Shown here: positions 10,011 through 19,335 of the stretch, piece after piece
Layout of the letters: each line of letters begins with the position of its first letter
Position numbering within the stretch: position 1 is the first letter of the stretch
From: Bdellovibrionales bacterium
GTDB lineage: Bacteria; Bdellovibrionota; Bdellovibrionia; Bdellovibrionales; JAGQZY01
Reading direction: 5' to 3'
Length of the DNA stretch: 64,000 nucleotides
Assembly (NCBI GenBank): GCA_964230645.1
Contig: CAXRHT010000001.1
Span: 480,001 to 544,000 of the forward strand
Notes under the pieces: generated by a model
The model's input: the letters and a program-made list of their open reading frames with translations, nothing else
Databases searched by the model: none
Told to the model about the DNA's origin: nothing
Program-made: the position numbers and the translations under genes

Positions 10011-10445
10011 TTACGGGCACAAATTCTTTAAGGAAAGCTTTTTAATCGTGGTCTTTTGCTGGCACATCACCTGAGGATGTTTCTCCCCTTTTTCCACTTG
10101 AGCATAAAAAGAATCAAGATCCGCCATTTTAGTCTTCATAGCAACCGCTGTCTGCGCTCTGTTGATTTTTAAAGACTCGGGTTTCATATCACAAACGGAG
10201 AAAGAATCTTGAATGGGAAGATCTAAAATATTTTTTTCATCCCCCTCACAGTTTAAACGAAGTTCTACCTGAAAAGGTTGCCCCACAAGGTGGCCCTCAT
10301 CTCTTGCTACAATGTAGGCTTTTCCTTGGCCACCGGCTTCAATCGTTTTTAAAACTCTATAATCAGTGGGATTGGAGCTGTGATCATGAGCCAGAGCTCC
10401 GGAGCTTGATAATAAAATTGATAAACTGACTACTAGATGTTTCAT
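10011..10445 (-). CDS. Secreted hypothetical protein (4 Cys)
   Basis: Signal peptide ending ALA; starts 3 nt after the upstream stop. Confidence 0.75.
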   Translation of the reverse strand: MKHLVVSLSILLSSSGALAHDHSSNPTDYRVLKTIEAGGQGKAYIVARDEGHLVGQPFQVELRLNCEGDEKNILDLPIQDSFSVCDMKPESLKINRAQTAVAMKTKMADLDSFYAQVEKGEKHPQVMCQQKTTIKKLSLKNLCP

Positions 10446-10448
10446 AAA

Positions 10449-11243
10449 TTACCCCGCACACAATGGATAGGAAAGATGAAGATGATCGTTATGAAGAGAG
10501 TTGCCTCCCAGTTTCGAGGACCGATGCCCTATTGAGCCTTGATACTCGGTGTTTCCTGCTGAGCAAGAAGATGGTAATGAGTCAGCCCAGCAGTCGCGAA
10601 ACTCATCGTAGAAAACGGCCTGCTCTTCTTTATAGTCCCTTAAATAAGTTGAGATCCTGGTTCGATTGCCGTTTTCATCATAGAGGTTAAAGTTAACAAT
10701 ATCCCAAGCTCTGGCGTAAGCGTGATTGCTGAGGCGGCTAGAGCCTCTGGCATCGCGATCATTGTAACTTCCAATGTGGCGAACGAAAATTCTTTTGGGT
10801 TGTGGGATACCGGCTTCAAAAGCGGCTTCTTGCACGCAAGTATAAAAAACTTCATTGAGATTGCTTCCAAAACGAGGATGGAAAAAAGCCGAACCACAAC
10901 GGGAATCACTGTTGTAGCCCCCTTGGGATGCTTTACTCGATTCACACCCATCCCATTTTTGAGCACTGCCGTGAGCCAGACTAAAAAGATTGGAACTTAG
11001 AGAAAATGTATTTTTAAGGGGAACGACAACAGGTCCTGGGGTCACATCACCCGGGTCCTCGATCACAACCACATCGCCTTCGGAATTGGATTCTTCTTCT
11101 TCATCCGGGGCTGGGAAGTCGTCCTCGATTTCTACGTCGTTGTAGCTGGCAAGCTTTCCTAAACTGTCTAAATTGGATTGGTATTGATTACAGCCAACAA
11201 GAAACACTAAAGATGTCATTAATAATACGAATCGTGATGTCAT
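10449..11243 (-). CDS. Lipoprotein with extensin-like C-terminal (Hedgehog/DD-peptidase-fold) Zn domain
   Basis: LVGC lipobox; GSYNDR...SNHAYARAWD and HNDHLH motifs. Confidence 0.75.
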   Translation of the reverse strand: MTSRFVLLMTSLVFLVGCNQYQSNLDSLGKLASYNDVEIEDDFPAPDEEEESNSEGDVVVIEDPGDVTPGPVVVPLKNTFSLSSNLFSLAHGSAQKWDGCESSKASQGGYNSDSRCGSAFFHPRFGSNLNEVFYTCVQEAAFEAGIPQPKRIFVRHIGSYNDRDARGSSRLSNHAYARAWDIVNFNLYDENGNRTRISTYLRDYKEEQAVFYDEFRDCWADSLPSSCSAGNTEYQGSIGHRSSKLGGNSLHNDHLHLSYPLCAG

Positions 11244-11425
11244 AGTGTTTAGCTCGGCTCTGGACTAGGCTTTATTAAATTCTATGTCTCAATTTGGGAT
11301 AGACTTTCGATGAGATGAGAATGAAGCCAGCTAGAAATTGAAAAAAAGTGCTCTGAGTTCAAATTGCTAATATTTATGACAATTTTGTGTAATTTCTCCC
11401 ACTTTATACTAAAATAAAAGGTGGA

Positions 11426-13075
11426 TTGTATCGGGGGATCATTTTGCCAAGAAATACTATTATCTCTACTTTTCTTCTTTCACTTTTAGGCTTGCTTTTT
11501 GTTTTCCAAAACTGCGGCCGCCCCCATATGCCGGCTCGCACTGATAATAACAAATCGGAAATCCCGCCTTATAATCCCGATCTAGAACCTGACTTGGACC
11601 GCGAAGGTGATGGCGATCCTGTGGATTTAGGAGATGGTAAGGTTCTCTACTCTTCTGTGCGAAGAGCCGGGACCGGTCAGCACGACAGTAATTGGAGTTT
11701 AAGTAATACCAGTGACGGTGGTTATATCACGACAGGCGTTCGTGCTGCTGTGGTTGGTGAGGCGGACTCTTACAATATTCTTTTTCAAAAATTTAATGAT
11801 AAAGGGGATCTCGTTTACGCCATTGAAATCTTTGAGGACTTTCAAGATCAAGGATACCGGGCTATTGAACTTCCGAACTCTTACTTAGTCGTTGGTAGAA
11901 CTCTTGCACTCCTCGAAGGAGAACCTGAATCCCGTAAGGGCGATAGCTTTTTTGTTTATCTTAATAAAGCTGATGGAAAAATTATCGAGGCCAAAAGAAT
12001 TGGTAACAACCATTTTCAACAAATCAATGACGTCATTTACGTCAACGATGTGAATCCCTATTTAATCGCTGTGGGCCGATTTTATCAAAACGCTGATGAA
12101 CAATCGGGTCTCATAATGAAATTGGATCTCGGGACTAATATCATTTGGGAGAAAAAATACACACTCGATAACTCTATTGTTGAATTTCGATCAGTGACCC
12201 ATGCTCCGGGAAAAGGTTTTTATGTAGTTGGCTCACGGAAAGCTTCCAATGCCAATCACGGCGATTCCATGATCACTCGTTTTAATGAAGGTGGTTTTCT
12301 TCTCGATAGTCAGGTCACTACCAGCCAACCTGATCATGATGACTTTTTCACAGATGTTATCCACGCCCGCGGTCGCATTATTGCCTTTGGGCGTATGGCC
12401 GGAAATGGCTATCACACTGATGGAAGTCTTATTGTTTTTGACTACAATCTGGGCTTTAAAAACGCGTGGATGATCGGGGAGAATTCTTCACCGAGTTATT
12501 TCACCGGAGGCCGCGCCACCCACGATGGTGGATTTATAATGGCCGGTAAGTACCGTCCAGCGGGGAACTCGTCTCCGTGGTACAATTGGTTAGTTAAAAT
12601 CAAAAAGAAGGAAAAAGAAGAAGAAGATGATGATGAGGATACAGAGAATAGTAATGACTATGAGGTCGAATTCTCAAAGGGGTACGGTATCAACCATAAC
12701 AGCTATGGTTACTACTCTCACCCAGTGACTATTAGGAAAGATTTTGGCTATGCCCTAATCGCTAATGTCAAAGACGAACCCAGTGGAGCCGCGATGGATC
12801 CCTACTTGCTTCTCATCAACCAGTACGGAAACATTCCCGCTGGCTGCGGACTAAATGCCCTAGATCTCAAGGCTACGGTGAAAGATAAAAGTGGCGAATT
12901 GGTTAACAATGAATTACAAGGCGCTATTGAGTTTCGAGGGATCACTCCCGCTGAGCAGAATCTCTCTCTTGATATCGATGATATCTTTGGAGACGAAGTA
13001 AATTTCAATGAGCTCGATCCTGGACGCAACAATTACTGTGTTGAGGACGCCTATATCCTTTATCCGGATAATTAA
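11426..13075 (+). CDS. Beta-propeller lipoprotein
   Basis: FQNC lipobox; repeated (T)xDGG(Y/F)IxxG blades. Start uncertain. Confidence 0.7.
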   Translation: MYRGIILPRNTIISTFLLSLLGLLFVFQNCGRPHMPARTDNNKSEIPPYNPDLEPDLDREGDGDPVDLGDGKVLYSSVRRAGTGQHDSNWSLSNTSDGGYITTGVRAAVVGEADSYNILFQKFNDKGDLVYAIEIFEDFQDQGYRAIELPNSYLVVGRTLALLEGEPESRKGDSFFVYLNKADGKIIEAKRIGNNHFQQINDVIYVNDVNPYLIAVGRFYQNADEQSGLIMKLDLGTNIIWEKKYTLDNSIVEFRSVTHAPGKGFYVVGSRKASNANHGDSMITRFNEGGFLLDSQVTTSQPDHDDFFTDVIHARGRIIAFGRMAGNGYHTDGSLIVFDYNLGFKNAWMIGENSSPSYFTGGRATHDGGFIMAGKYRPAGNSSPWYNWLVKIKKKEKEEEDDDEDTENSNDYEVEFSKGYGINHNSYGYYSHPVTIRKDFGYALIANVKDEPSGAAMDPYLLLINQYGNIPAGCGLNALDLKATVKDKSGELVNNELQGAIEFRGITPAEQNLSLDIDDIFGDEVNFNELDPGRNNYCVEDAYILYPDN

Positions 13076-13185
13076 TAAGTTTTAAGAGCTTTGGCTTAGA
13101 TTTATCGAATCGGTGAGGCTTTGTCGCAAATACATCATGAGGGCATTTTCTTGCCTATCTCTCAAGGCCCATTTAACATGGGCCA

Positions 13186-14109
13186 ATGTTCAGCCAACTA
13201 ACAGATCGACAAAAAGGTTTAGGGGCAGCGCTAGGGACCGCGGGAACCTGGTCCCTTCTTGCTATTCTGCTCAAATTTGCCCTTCACTACGCTGATTCCT
13301 ATACTATTGTTTGTTACCGCATGGCCGTGGCTTTTATAGCTCTGCTCTCTTGGTTTTTGTTTAAAGGAAAGCTAACCGAACTCAAGGTGTTTAAAAGCCG
13401 TCCGGGGTTGTTGCTTATTGCTTCTCTTTGTTTGGCCGCTAATTACGTGGGTTTTATGCAAGGGATCCATTACACTTCTCCAGCTAATGCACAAATCTTC
13501 ATTCAAATTGGCCCCTTATTTCTTGCTCTCTCTGGGCTTTATTTCTTTAAAGAGAGCCTTAGTCGTAAACAGTGGATGGGACTTTCATTGTGTCTTGTGG
13601 GTTTTGGACTCTTTTTTCTCGACCGAATGGACAAATTTCAGGCCGATTCCTCTCGCTTTTTCATAGGGCTGTCTTGGATTGTTATGGCTGCCCTGTTATG
13701 GGCGGTTTTTGCTAGCCTGCAGAAGTATTTACTGACTTGGTGGAAGAGCTCTCAGATCAACATTTACGTCTACCTTGTAGCGACCTTGGTCTATTTGCCT
13801 CTTTTCGATTGGCAAAGCATTGTGGATCTTCCTTGGTCCATTCATCTTCTATACATATTTTTGGGGCTCAACACCATTGTCGCCTATGGCTTTCTTGCAA
13901 TCGCTTTAAAGTATCTTCCAGCCACTCAAGTGAGCCCCATCCTGACCACAAATCCTCTCCTAACCTTGGTTTTTATCACCATCATAGATGCTATGAACTG
14001 GGGCTTTATTCCAAGAGACCCCATTGGCTTTAAAGGTTACCTAGGCGCTATTATCGCCATCCTAGGGGTGCGTTTTGTCATATTAAAGAAAAAGAAGCTA
14101 AATGTGTAA
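13186..14109 (+). CDS. DMT/EamA family transporter
   Basis: About 10 TM segments in two EamA repeats. Confidence 0.9.
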   Translation: MFSQLTDRQKGLGAALGTAGTWSLLAILLKFALHYADSYTIVCYRMAVAFIALLSWFLFKGKLTELKVFKSRPGLLLIASLCLAANYVGFMQGIHYTSPANAQIFIQIGPLFLALSGLYFFKESLSRKQWMGLSLCLVGFGLFFLDRMDKFQADSSRFFIGLSWIVMAALLWAVFASLQKYLLTWWKSSQINIYVYLVATLVYLPLFDWQSIVDLPWSIHLLYIFLGLNTIVAYGFLAIALKYLPATQVSPILTTNPLLTLVFITIIDAMNWGFIPRDPIGFKGYLGAIIAILGVRFVILKKKKLNV

Positions 14110-14160
14110 GCATGAGTGTCAGGATTTGACCTCAATCAAGCAAGCTTCAACAATAGAGAG

Positions 14161-16194
14161 ATGATATTAAACTGGATTCTAGCCCCTATTTTTCTTATCG
14201 CAGCCGTTTCACCAAACCCGGAAGACCCGCAAACGGCATTCAATCAAAAATATAAAAGCGCTATTGATGAAATTCGCAAAGAGGGCTCGTGCAAAGAGCT
14301 TGAGCTTTTATCTAAAAATGATGACTTCAGGCTCCATGAATTGGCTGGTCTGCGCTGGACTGAAAAGTGCGTTTCCAATCCTAACTGGGAGAACCTAGAA
14401 GAAAACACCAAGATGAGCCTTTTACTTCCTTTTATATCGGAGGCTCACTTTCGTTGGGCTTTTGAAAATAAAAAATACAAAGAAGCTTACCAAGTCTATC
14501 GTCGTCGTCAGAAAGCCATCGATCTCGACGGTAAAGAGTTTGATGACTTGGCTACGAATACTTTGAAAACCAATCTTTCTAAAAAAGAAAAAGAGATTCT
14601 CAGTAAAAAACTTGAAGAGAGATCCCCTCGCTTTATTAAAAACCCAAAGAAAAAAGAATACCAGAAAGTCGCTCGAGATTTCAGAAGGGATCGCCAATTT
14701 GAAAAAGCTCTTTTTTACTATCGCAAGGTAATTAACGATCCAAGTTTTTCCCTCAAAGAGCGCTGGTACGCTTTCAAAGGGGCCAGGCTCACCTATAAAC
14801 TTGAGCGCTGGTCGCGTATGAAAAAATATATCAAAGCCTCTAAACAGTGGGCTGACTTTTTACAAGAAGAGTACAAAAGATCCAGACAGCTCACGCGCTA
14901 TCATCATAATGCCAACATTGAATACGTTCGCACTCTCTGGACGGAAAAAGGCCAGAGTCTGGCTGGAAAGGTGCTTGATCAATTAGAAAAGGATTTAAAA
15001 GGTCGCTACAGTCTTCAAATGGTCTATTGGCTTAAGGGAAAAATGGCCGAGGAACGCAAAGAGTACAAAAAGGCTGTCTTTTGGCTTGATAAATCTTCAA
15101 ATGAAAGAAAAGTTTCTGATAGCGATTTGCAAAGAGTTCTGTGGGCTCTGGCCTGGAACCAAAGGCGAATCAACGACTTTGCAGGCTCTCAGGCCACACT
15201 CGAAAGACTTAAAAAAAGTCCGGATCTCACCCATTTTGCAAAGACAAAATATCTCTATTGGCAGGCAGAGAATATTCTTTCCCAAGGAAAAAAAGAAGAG
15301 GGAATGGAAGCTTTTCGTAGACTGGCTGAGTTTGATCTTTATGGTTTTTATGGGGCTTTGGCCTATAGGAAATTAGGAGAAAGTTTTCCCTCCCCTCCAC
15401 GTCCTACTCTCAGCCCGAACAATTTTAATTCTTTTTTCAAACCCACCGACTTTGCTCTTTTTGAAAGTTTGGTTGAGGTGGATGAAAGAGAGCTGGCTGA
15501 AGCCTTAATTAATGACGAAGTTAAACAAGACCCTTCCTGGGGAACCGAAGAATGGGTGGCTTACCTCAAACTCTTGCAAAAAGCAGGAGCTTATCGCCGC
15601 TTTTTTATTCGCTATCACAGCTTGCCACCAAAACTTCAGCTGTCAGTTCTTGAGGAGCACCCCTATCTGCTTTTTCCACAACCTTACAAAAAAGAGGTGG
15701 TACAGTCCTCGAAGAAAACGCAAGTTTCTCCGGCTCTTATTTACTCTATCATGAAGCAAGAATCTGGTTTTGACGTCAAAGCAAGAAGTCCAGCGGATGC
15801 TTTCGGACTCTTGCAACTGATCCCACAGGTGGCTGAAAAAGCGGCGGAACGCATGCCAACAGTCGCCTACAGTGACCCCTATGACTTGTTTAAACCTCAT
15901 GTGGTTATTCCCCTTGGAGCGAATAACCTTCATCATCTTTTTTCAAGGTTTAATGGCAACTTTATTTTATCGGTGGCTTCTTACAATGCTTCCGAGCAAG
16001 CGGTGAAGGGTTGGATAAAGTCTCGCTTTCATGGAGACCCGATAACCTTTATTGAAGACATTCCCTACGAAGAAACCAAAGGCTATGTGAAGCTTGTCAT
16101 GAGAAATTATATTACTTATAACCGCTTTCAAGAAAAAGAGGAGCCTTTCACCTTCCCGGAAATTTGTCTATCTGGTCTTGAAAAGTTTAAATAA
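14161..16194 (+). CDS. Soluble lytic transglycosylase (Slt70-like, TPR plus SLT domain)
   Basis: IMKQESGF, AFGLLQL, ASYNA and IPYEETKGYVK motifs. ATG 14161 preferred over the track start 14116. Confidence 0.92.
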   Translation: MILNWILAPIFLIAAVSPNPEDPQTAFNQKYKSAIDEIRKEGSCKELELLSKNDDFRLHELAGLRWTEKCVSNPNWENLEENTKMSLLLPFISEAHFRWAFENKKYKEAYQVYRRRQKAIDLDGKEFDDLATNTLKTNLSKKEKEILSKKLEERSPRFIKNPKKKEYQKVARDFRRDRQFEKALFYYRKVINDPSFSLKERWYAFKGARLTYKLERWSRMKKYIKASKQWADFLQEEYKRSRQLTRYHHNANIEYVRTLWTEKGQSLAGKVLDQLEKDLKGRYSLQMVYWLKGKMAEERKEYKKAVFWLDKSSNERKVSDSDLQRVLWALAWNQRRINDFAGSQATLERLKKSPDLTHFAKTKYLYWQAENILSQGKKEEGMEAFRRLAEFDLYGFYGALAYRKLGESFPSPPRPTLSPNNFNSFFKPTDFALFESLVEVDERELAEALINDEVKQDPSWGTEEWVAYLKLLQKAGAYRRFFIRYHSLPPKLQLSVLEEHPYLLFPQPYKKEVVQSSKKTQVSPALIYSIMKQESGFDVKARSPADAFGLLQLIPQVAEKAAERMPTVAYSDPYDLFKPHVVIPLGANNLHHLFSRFNGNFILSVASYNASEQAVKGWIKSRFHGDPITFIEDIPYEETKGYVKLVMRNYITYNRFQEKEEPFTFPEICLSGLEKFK

Positions 16195-16208
16195 GTTTTT
16201 TTTCTCCC

Positions 16209-16534
16209 GTCAGTCTGATTTGGGTTTTAGTCAGGCTGATTTGAGTTCCTGTCATCATGGTCTTCCTGACTGTCGTCCTGGCTTCCTTAATGGTCATCCT
16301 GAGGCGAAGCCGAAGGATCTTGACAAAATAGCTTCAGATTCTTCGGTTTCACCTCAGAATGACAATAATAATATTATTTTTTTCCAACACTCACATGTGC
16401 AAAAGATCCTTCGCTTCGCTCAGGATGACAGGAAAGAAGATCAGGATGACAGGAAAGAGGATCAGGATGACAAGAAAGAGGATCAGGATGACGGGAAAGG
16501 AGATTAGGAGAACAGGGAAGGAGATCAGAATGAC
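16209..16534. repeat. Three GTC-tagged REPs with 21-bp tandem terminal echoes on both sides (locus C)
   Basis: REPs at 16293-16320, 16336-16363 (inverted) and 16404-16429 (inverted); four left and five right echoes at an exact 21-bp period. Confidence 0.9.
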
Positions 16535-16574
16535 CGTTAATATAATGGTCTTCCCGGACTTGAGAAACTTAAAT

Positions 16575-16611
16575 AAAAAAAATCACCTCACCGAAGGGTG
16601 AGATGATTTCT
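16575..16611 (-). terminator. Intrinsic terminator
   Basis: Minus strand reads AAATCATCTCACC-CTTC-GGTGAGGTGA-T8. Confidence 0.8.
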
Positions 16612-16636
16612 TGGCGCTTTAAATTAAACTCTGCTT

Positions 16637-18286
16637 TTAGAATTTCGGTATTTTGAAATGCCCTGATTTTCCAATCAAATCGTTGCCTCCGGGTGCGGCT
16701 TTCACAATTTGAATTCCATGGAGATACAGTTTTTTACCGGCATGAGCTTTAAGCTTTCCTTTTGGAATAATAATATTAAAGCGGTTTTTAGAAACGGCAT
16801 CACACCTTTGATGCACTCCTTTTTCAGACCCGCGGTCTGTTTTAAAAGCATGGATCATTTTACCGCCTCTACCAGCGGCATTACCTACATACACATGCAC
16901 GTTTAGAGGCATGGCCATTGATTTCTGACAGGCCCAACCGGCCACACGTAATCCACTGGCTGTCTTTTTCACGACATCAATATGCCCATCAATTTTCCCG
17001 GGAGTTTTTCTAAGCGCAAAAGTGAGATGTTTCTTTCTAATCGAATCATAGGCTCTAAACTTAATATTTGGATGCCCTGGAGATTGCCTTGCAATGGATG
17101 CTTGACGAACGCCTCGACTCATATTCACAGGCAATGGGTAATTGACCCAGCGACCATGATAGCACCAAACATGGTCGTAAACATTTGGTGCCTCACCCGA
17201 AACAAGCAAACATTTATGTCTCACCGATGGATCGTTTTCGTTAAAGGCTTGCACTCTTAAAAACTCGGTCATGACTCCCGTTTTAGCTTGTAAAATTTTG
17301 GAGGTATCAAAAGAGATACCCTCTTTCGTTCTGGAATCAAACTTCATTGTACTTAGCCTGATGCTGGCGTGTTGACCAACTGTGATTAAATCAGGAAGTC
17401 CGTCGCTGTTGTAATCGAGAAAAGCGCTGTCCATCATATGAAGGCCATCGTATTTTCTGTAGCCATTCAGGCTAAAAGTAGAAAAAGCATTGAGAGGAGT
17501 TCCAAGAGCTCCCCCTCTCCAAGGAAGATCAGAGTCCACAGTAAGATCAATGGCGGCCGCCTTTCCTCCCGTACCTTCTTCAAATTTAATAAGGGCCGTA
17601 TTGGTTCCTGAGCCCCCACGGGTGATGGGCCCATCATAGCCAGAATAAAAGCACATAGCTCCAGGGGCGAAACCTCTTTTCACAAGAGTGGCTGGAAATT
17701 CAGTACACTTCACAGAGCGAGCGGCACTTCTGAAATTAAAACTACGACCTTCTTGAGTGATGACTGCTGTTTGCTTTCTCACATTAAAGAGGCCACCTGG
17801 TTTGGTGTCACCTTTATTATAAAGTAGATATTGTATTGCCGGGATTCGATAACCAACCGCAGGATTAGCATAAGCCGAACCGATGACTACTGAAGGGTGG
17901 TTCCCCTTTATTCGAACCACACTACAGCTTGTTACACCCAGCTTGGTTTTTCCACCGTAGCTACCGTGATTGATTTCAGGATTAGGCAAAGCCCAGGCGA
18001 ATAACTTTCGATTCAGATTTTTTCCGTCTTTAATAATAACTCGCTGGTGAGCACAATCGAGAAGATCCTTGACTCCATCTTTGTTAAAGTCGTGACTAAA
18101 ACGTCCATCCAGATCTCTAGAGACTTTGTCCTTTACATGTAAAATTTGATAAGGATTAGCGAACGAAGCAGCAGCGCTAAAAATATCACCTTCTCCCAAT
18201 TCGCCAAGTTCAGCATCAAATTGTCCACAGTTTTGAACAAGTACCATCATGAGAAATAGCGGAGCCGCTATTAAAAACTTTTTCAT
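16637..18286 (-). CDS. Basic lipoprotein with FG-GAP-like motifs and a C-terminal Ig-like module
   Basis: ATG 18286 after a G-rich RBS; VQNC lipobox; DFNKDGVKD and DYNSDGLPD motifs; GHID..VAGWAC..VHVY module. Confidence 0.75.
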   Translation of the reverse strand: MKKFLIAAPLFLMMVLVQNCGQFDAELGELGEGDIFSAAASFANPYQILHVKDKVSRDLDGRFSHDFNKDGVKDLLDCAHQRVIIKDGKNLNRKLFAWALPNPEINHGSYGGKTKLGVTSCSVVRIKGNHPSVVIGSAYANPAVGYRIPAIQYLLYNKGDTKPGGLFNVRKQTAVITQEGRSFNFRSAARSVKCTEFPATLVKRGFAPGAMCFYSGYDGPITRGGSGTNTALIKFEEGTGGKAAAIDLTVDSDLPWRGGALGTPLNAFSTFSLNGYRKYDGLHMMDSAFLDYNSDGLPDLITVGQHASIRLSTMKFDSRTKEGISFDTSKILQAKTGVMTEFLRVQAFNENDPSVRHKCLLVSGEAPNVYDHVWCYHGRWVNYPLPVNMSRGVRQASIARQSPGHPNIKFRAYDSIRKKHLTFALRKTPGKIDGHIDVVKKTASGLRVAGWACQKSMAMPLNVHVYVGNAAGRGGKMIHAFKTDRGSEKGVHQRCDAVSKNRFNIIIPKGKLKAHAGKKLYLHGIQIVKAAPGGNDLIGKSGHFKIPKF

Positions 18287-18614
18287 AATTCCCCCCATAT
18301 CCACTTTTAAATCTAGCACGTCTGTTTCGATTCACTGATACTTGTCTTATTTTGAGATTTTCCCCTCTAAACCGCCCCTTGGACGTCTAAAATATAAACA
18401 CCAATTAGCGGTCAGAGTCTTTAGGAAGGCCCTTTTTTACAGAGTAAAAAGAAAATCGCGGGGCGTGCTTTTAGAGCTAATTCACCTGATTTCAGATATT
18501 TAGATCATTTAATTAATCAAATTATTAATTTTAATCGCTAAAATTCAGTATCTTCATCTATTAATTCTAAAATTTTGGGTTAATTTAACTCCGAACTTAA
18601 CAAAGGAGAAAACA

Positions 18615-19076
18615 ATGAAAGCACTAATCTTAAGCCTACTTACCTTATTAGCCACTCAAAGCGCCTTCGCCACTGTCGGCGGAATTGATGATGTCTGGAT
18701 CGTCGTCAATGACGAGTACACTGGCGAGATGTACCTAAAAGAAGTTCCACTTGATGGATGCTGGGGACTTCCCCAAGGCCCCCGCCTTATTCAGTTCACA
18801 TCTGAGTACAGTGTTCAAGCCTCTATGGGCTGCGGAGTGAGTGGTAACTACAGAGTTGACCTCAACGCCCTATCTTGTGCAGAAGTAGAAGAGTCAGTTG
18901 AGAGTGAAGATTTCATGAGCTTTAAAAAAATCCGTTTAGACATTTCACAGTGCTCATTAAAAGATAACGCGCGCTTTATTACACTTATACGTACAGCCGC
19001 TGCAAGAAACTTTCCCCAATCGGAAAATGGCGATTATGTCAGCGATAAAGAAGTGGAACTGATTTTAGAAAAATAA
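18615..19076 (+). CDS. Secreted hypothetical protein (4 Cys)
   Basis: AAAGGAG RBS, signal peptide ending AFA. Confidence 0.8.
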   Translation: MKALILSLLTLLATQSAFATVGGIDDVWIVVNDEYTGEMYLKEVPLDGCWGLPQGPRLIQFTSEYSVQASMGCGVSGNYRVDLNALSCAEVEESVESEDFMSFKKIRLDISQCSLKDNARFITLIRTAAARNFPQSENGDYVSDKEVELILEK

Positions 19077-19101
19077 TCGGAACCAAAAAGACTCTTTTCT
19101 C

Positions 19102-19139
19102 AAACGTCATCCTTTTTTTGAGGGTGACGTTTTCTATTT
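19102..19139 (+). terminator. Intrinsic terminator
   Basis: AAACGTCATCCT...AGGGTGACGTTTT. Confidence 0.7.
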
Positions 19140-19154
19140 GGATCTCAGTTTGAG

Positions 19155-19256
19155 TTCGACTACCAGTGAAAGGGGGACACCACTGGGGGTTGATTCCTTG
19201 TTAAGTTCAGGTCCCCCATTTTTGACCAAGGCTGATAAAGCCTTGGTCTTTTTTTT
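19155..19256 (+). ncRNA. Candidate small RNA between two terminators
   Basis: Hairpin with possible pseudoknot, then a perfect 10-bp terminator with T8; no ORF. Confidence 0.3.
19224..19256 (+). terminator. Intrinsic terminator
   Basis: GACCAAGGCT-GATAA-AGCCTTGGTC-T8. Confidence 0.8.
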
Positions 19257-19335
19257 ATGTATCGATCTGATACAAACAAGGCCATTTGCACTAAAAAAAA
19301 TCGGGCCCTAAAAAGTTGTTTGCTATAATAAAACT

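Noticed and set aside
12596..12660. KKKEKEEEDDDEDTEN tract as a frameshift or insertion scar
   Set aside because: The frame is intact and the propeller pattern resumes afterwards; it is an ordinary low-complexity loop.
16430..16534. CRISPR array
   Set aside because: The constant part is only 10 nt, the 11-nt fillers resemble each other, and there are no cas genes. It is a tandem duplication tied to a REP.
16178..16601. ORFs 16178..16507 and 16359..16601
   Set aside because: They are open only because the 21-bp repeat period is a multiple of 3; no RBS and low-complexity products.
19160..19220. c-di-GMP or other known riboswitch
   Set aside because: I cannot see the conserved GEMM-type GGCAAAC...GGACGCAAAGCC core; kept only as an unclassified sRNA candidate.
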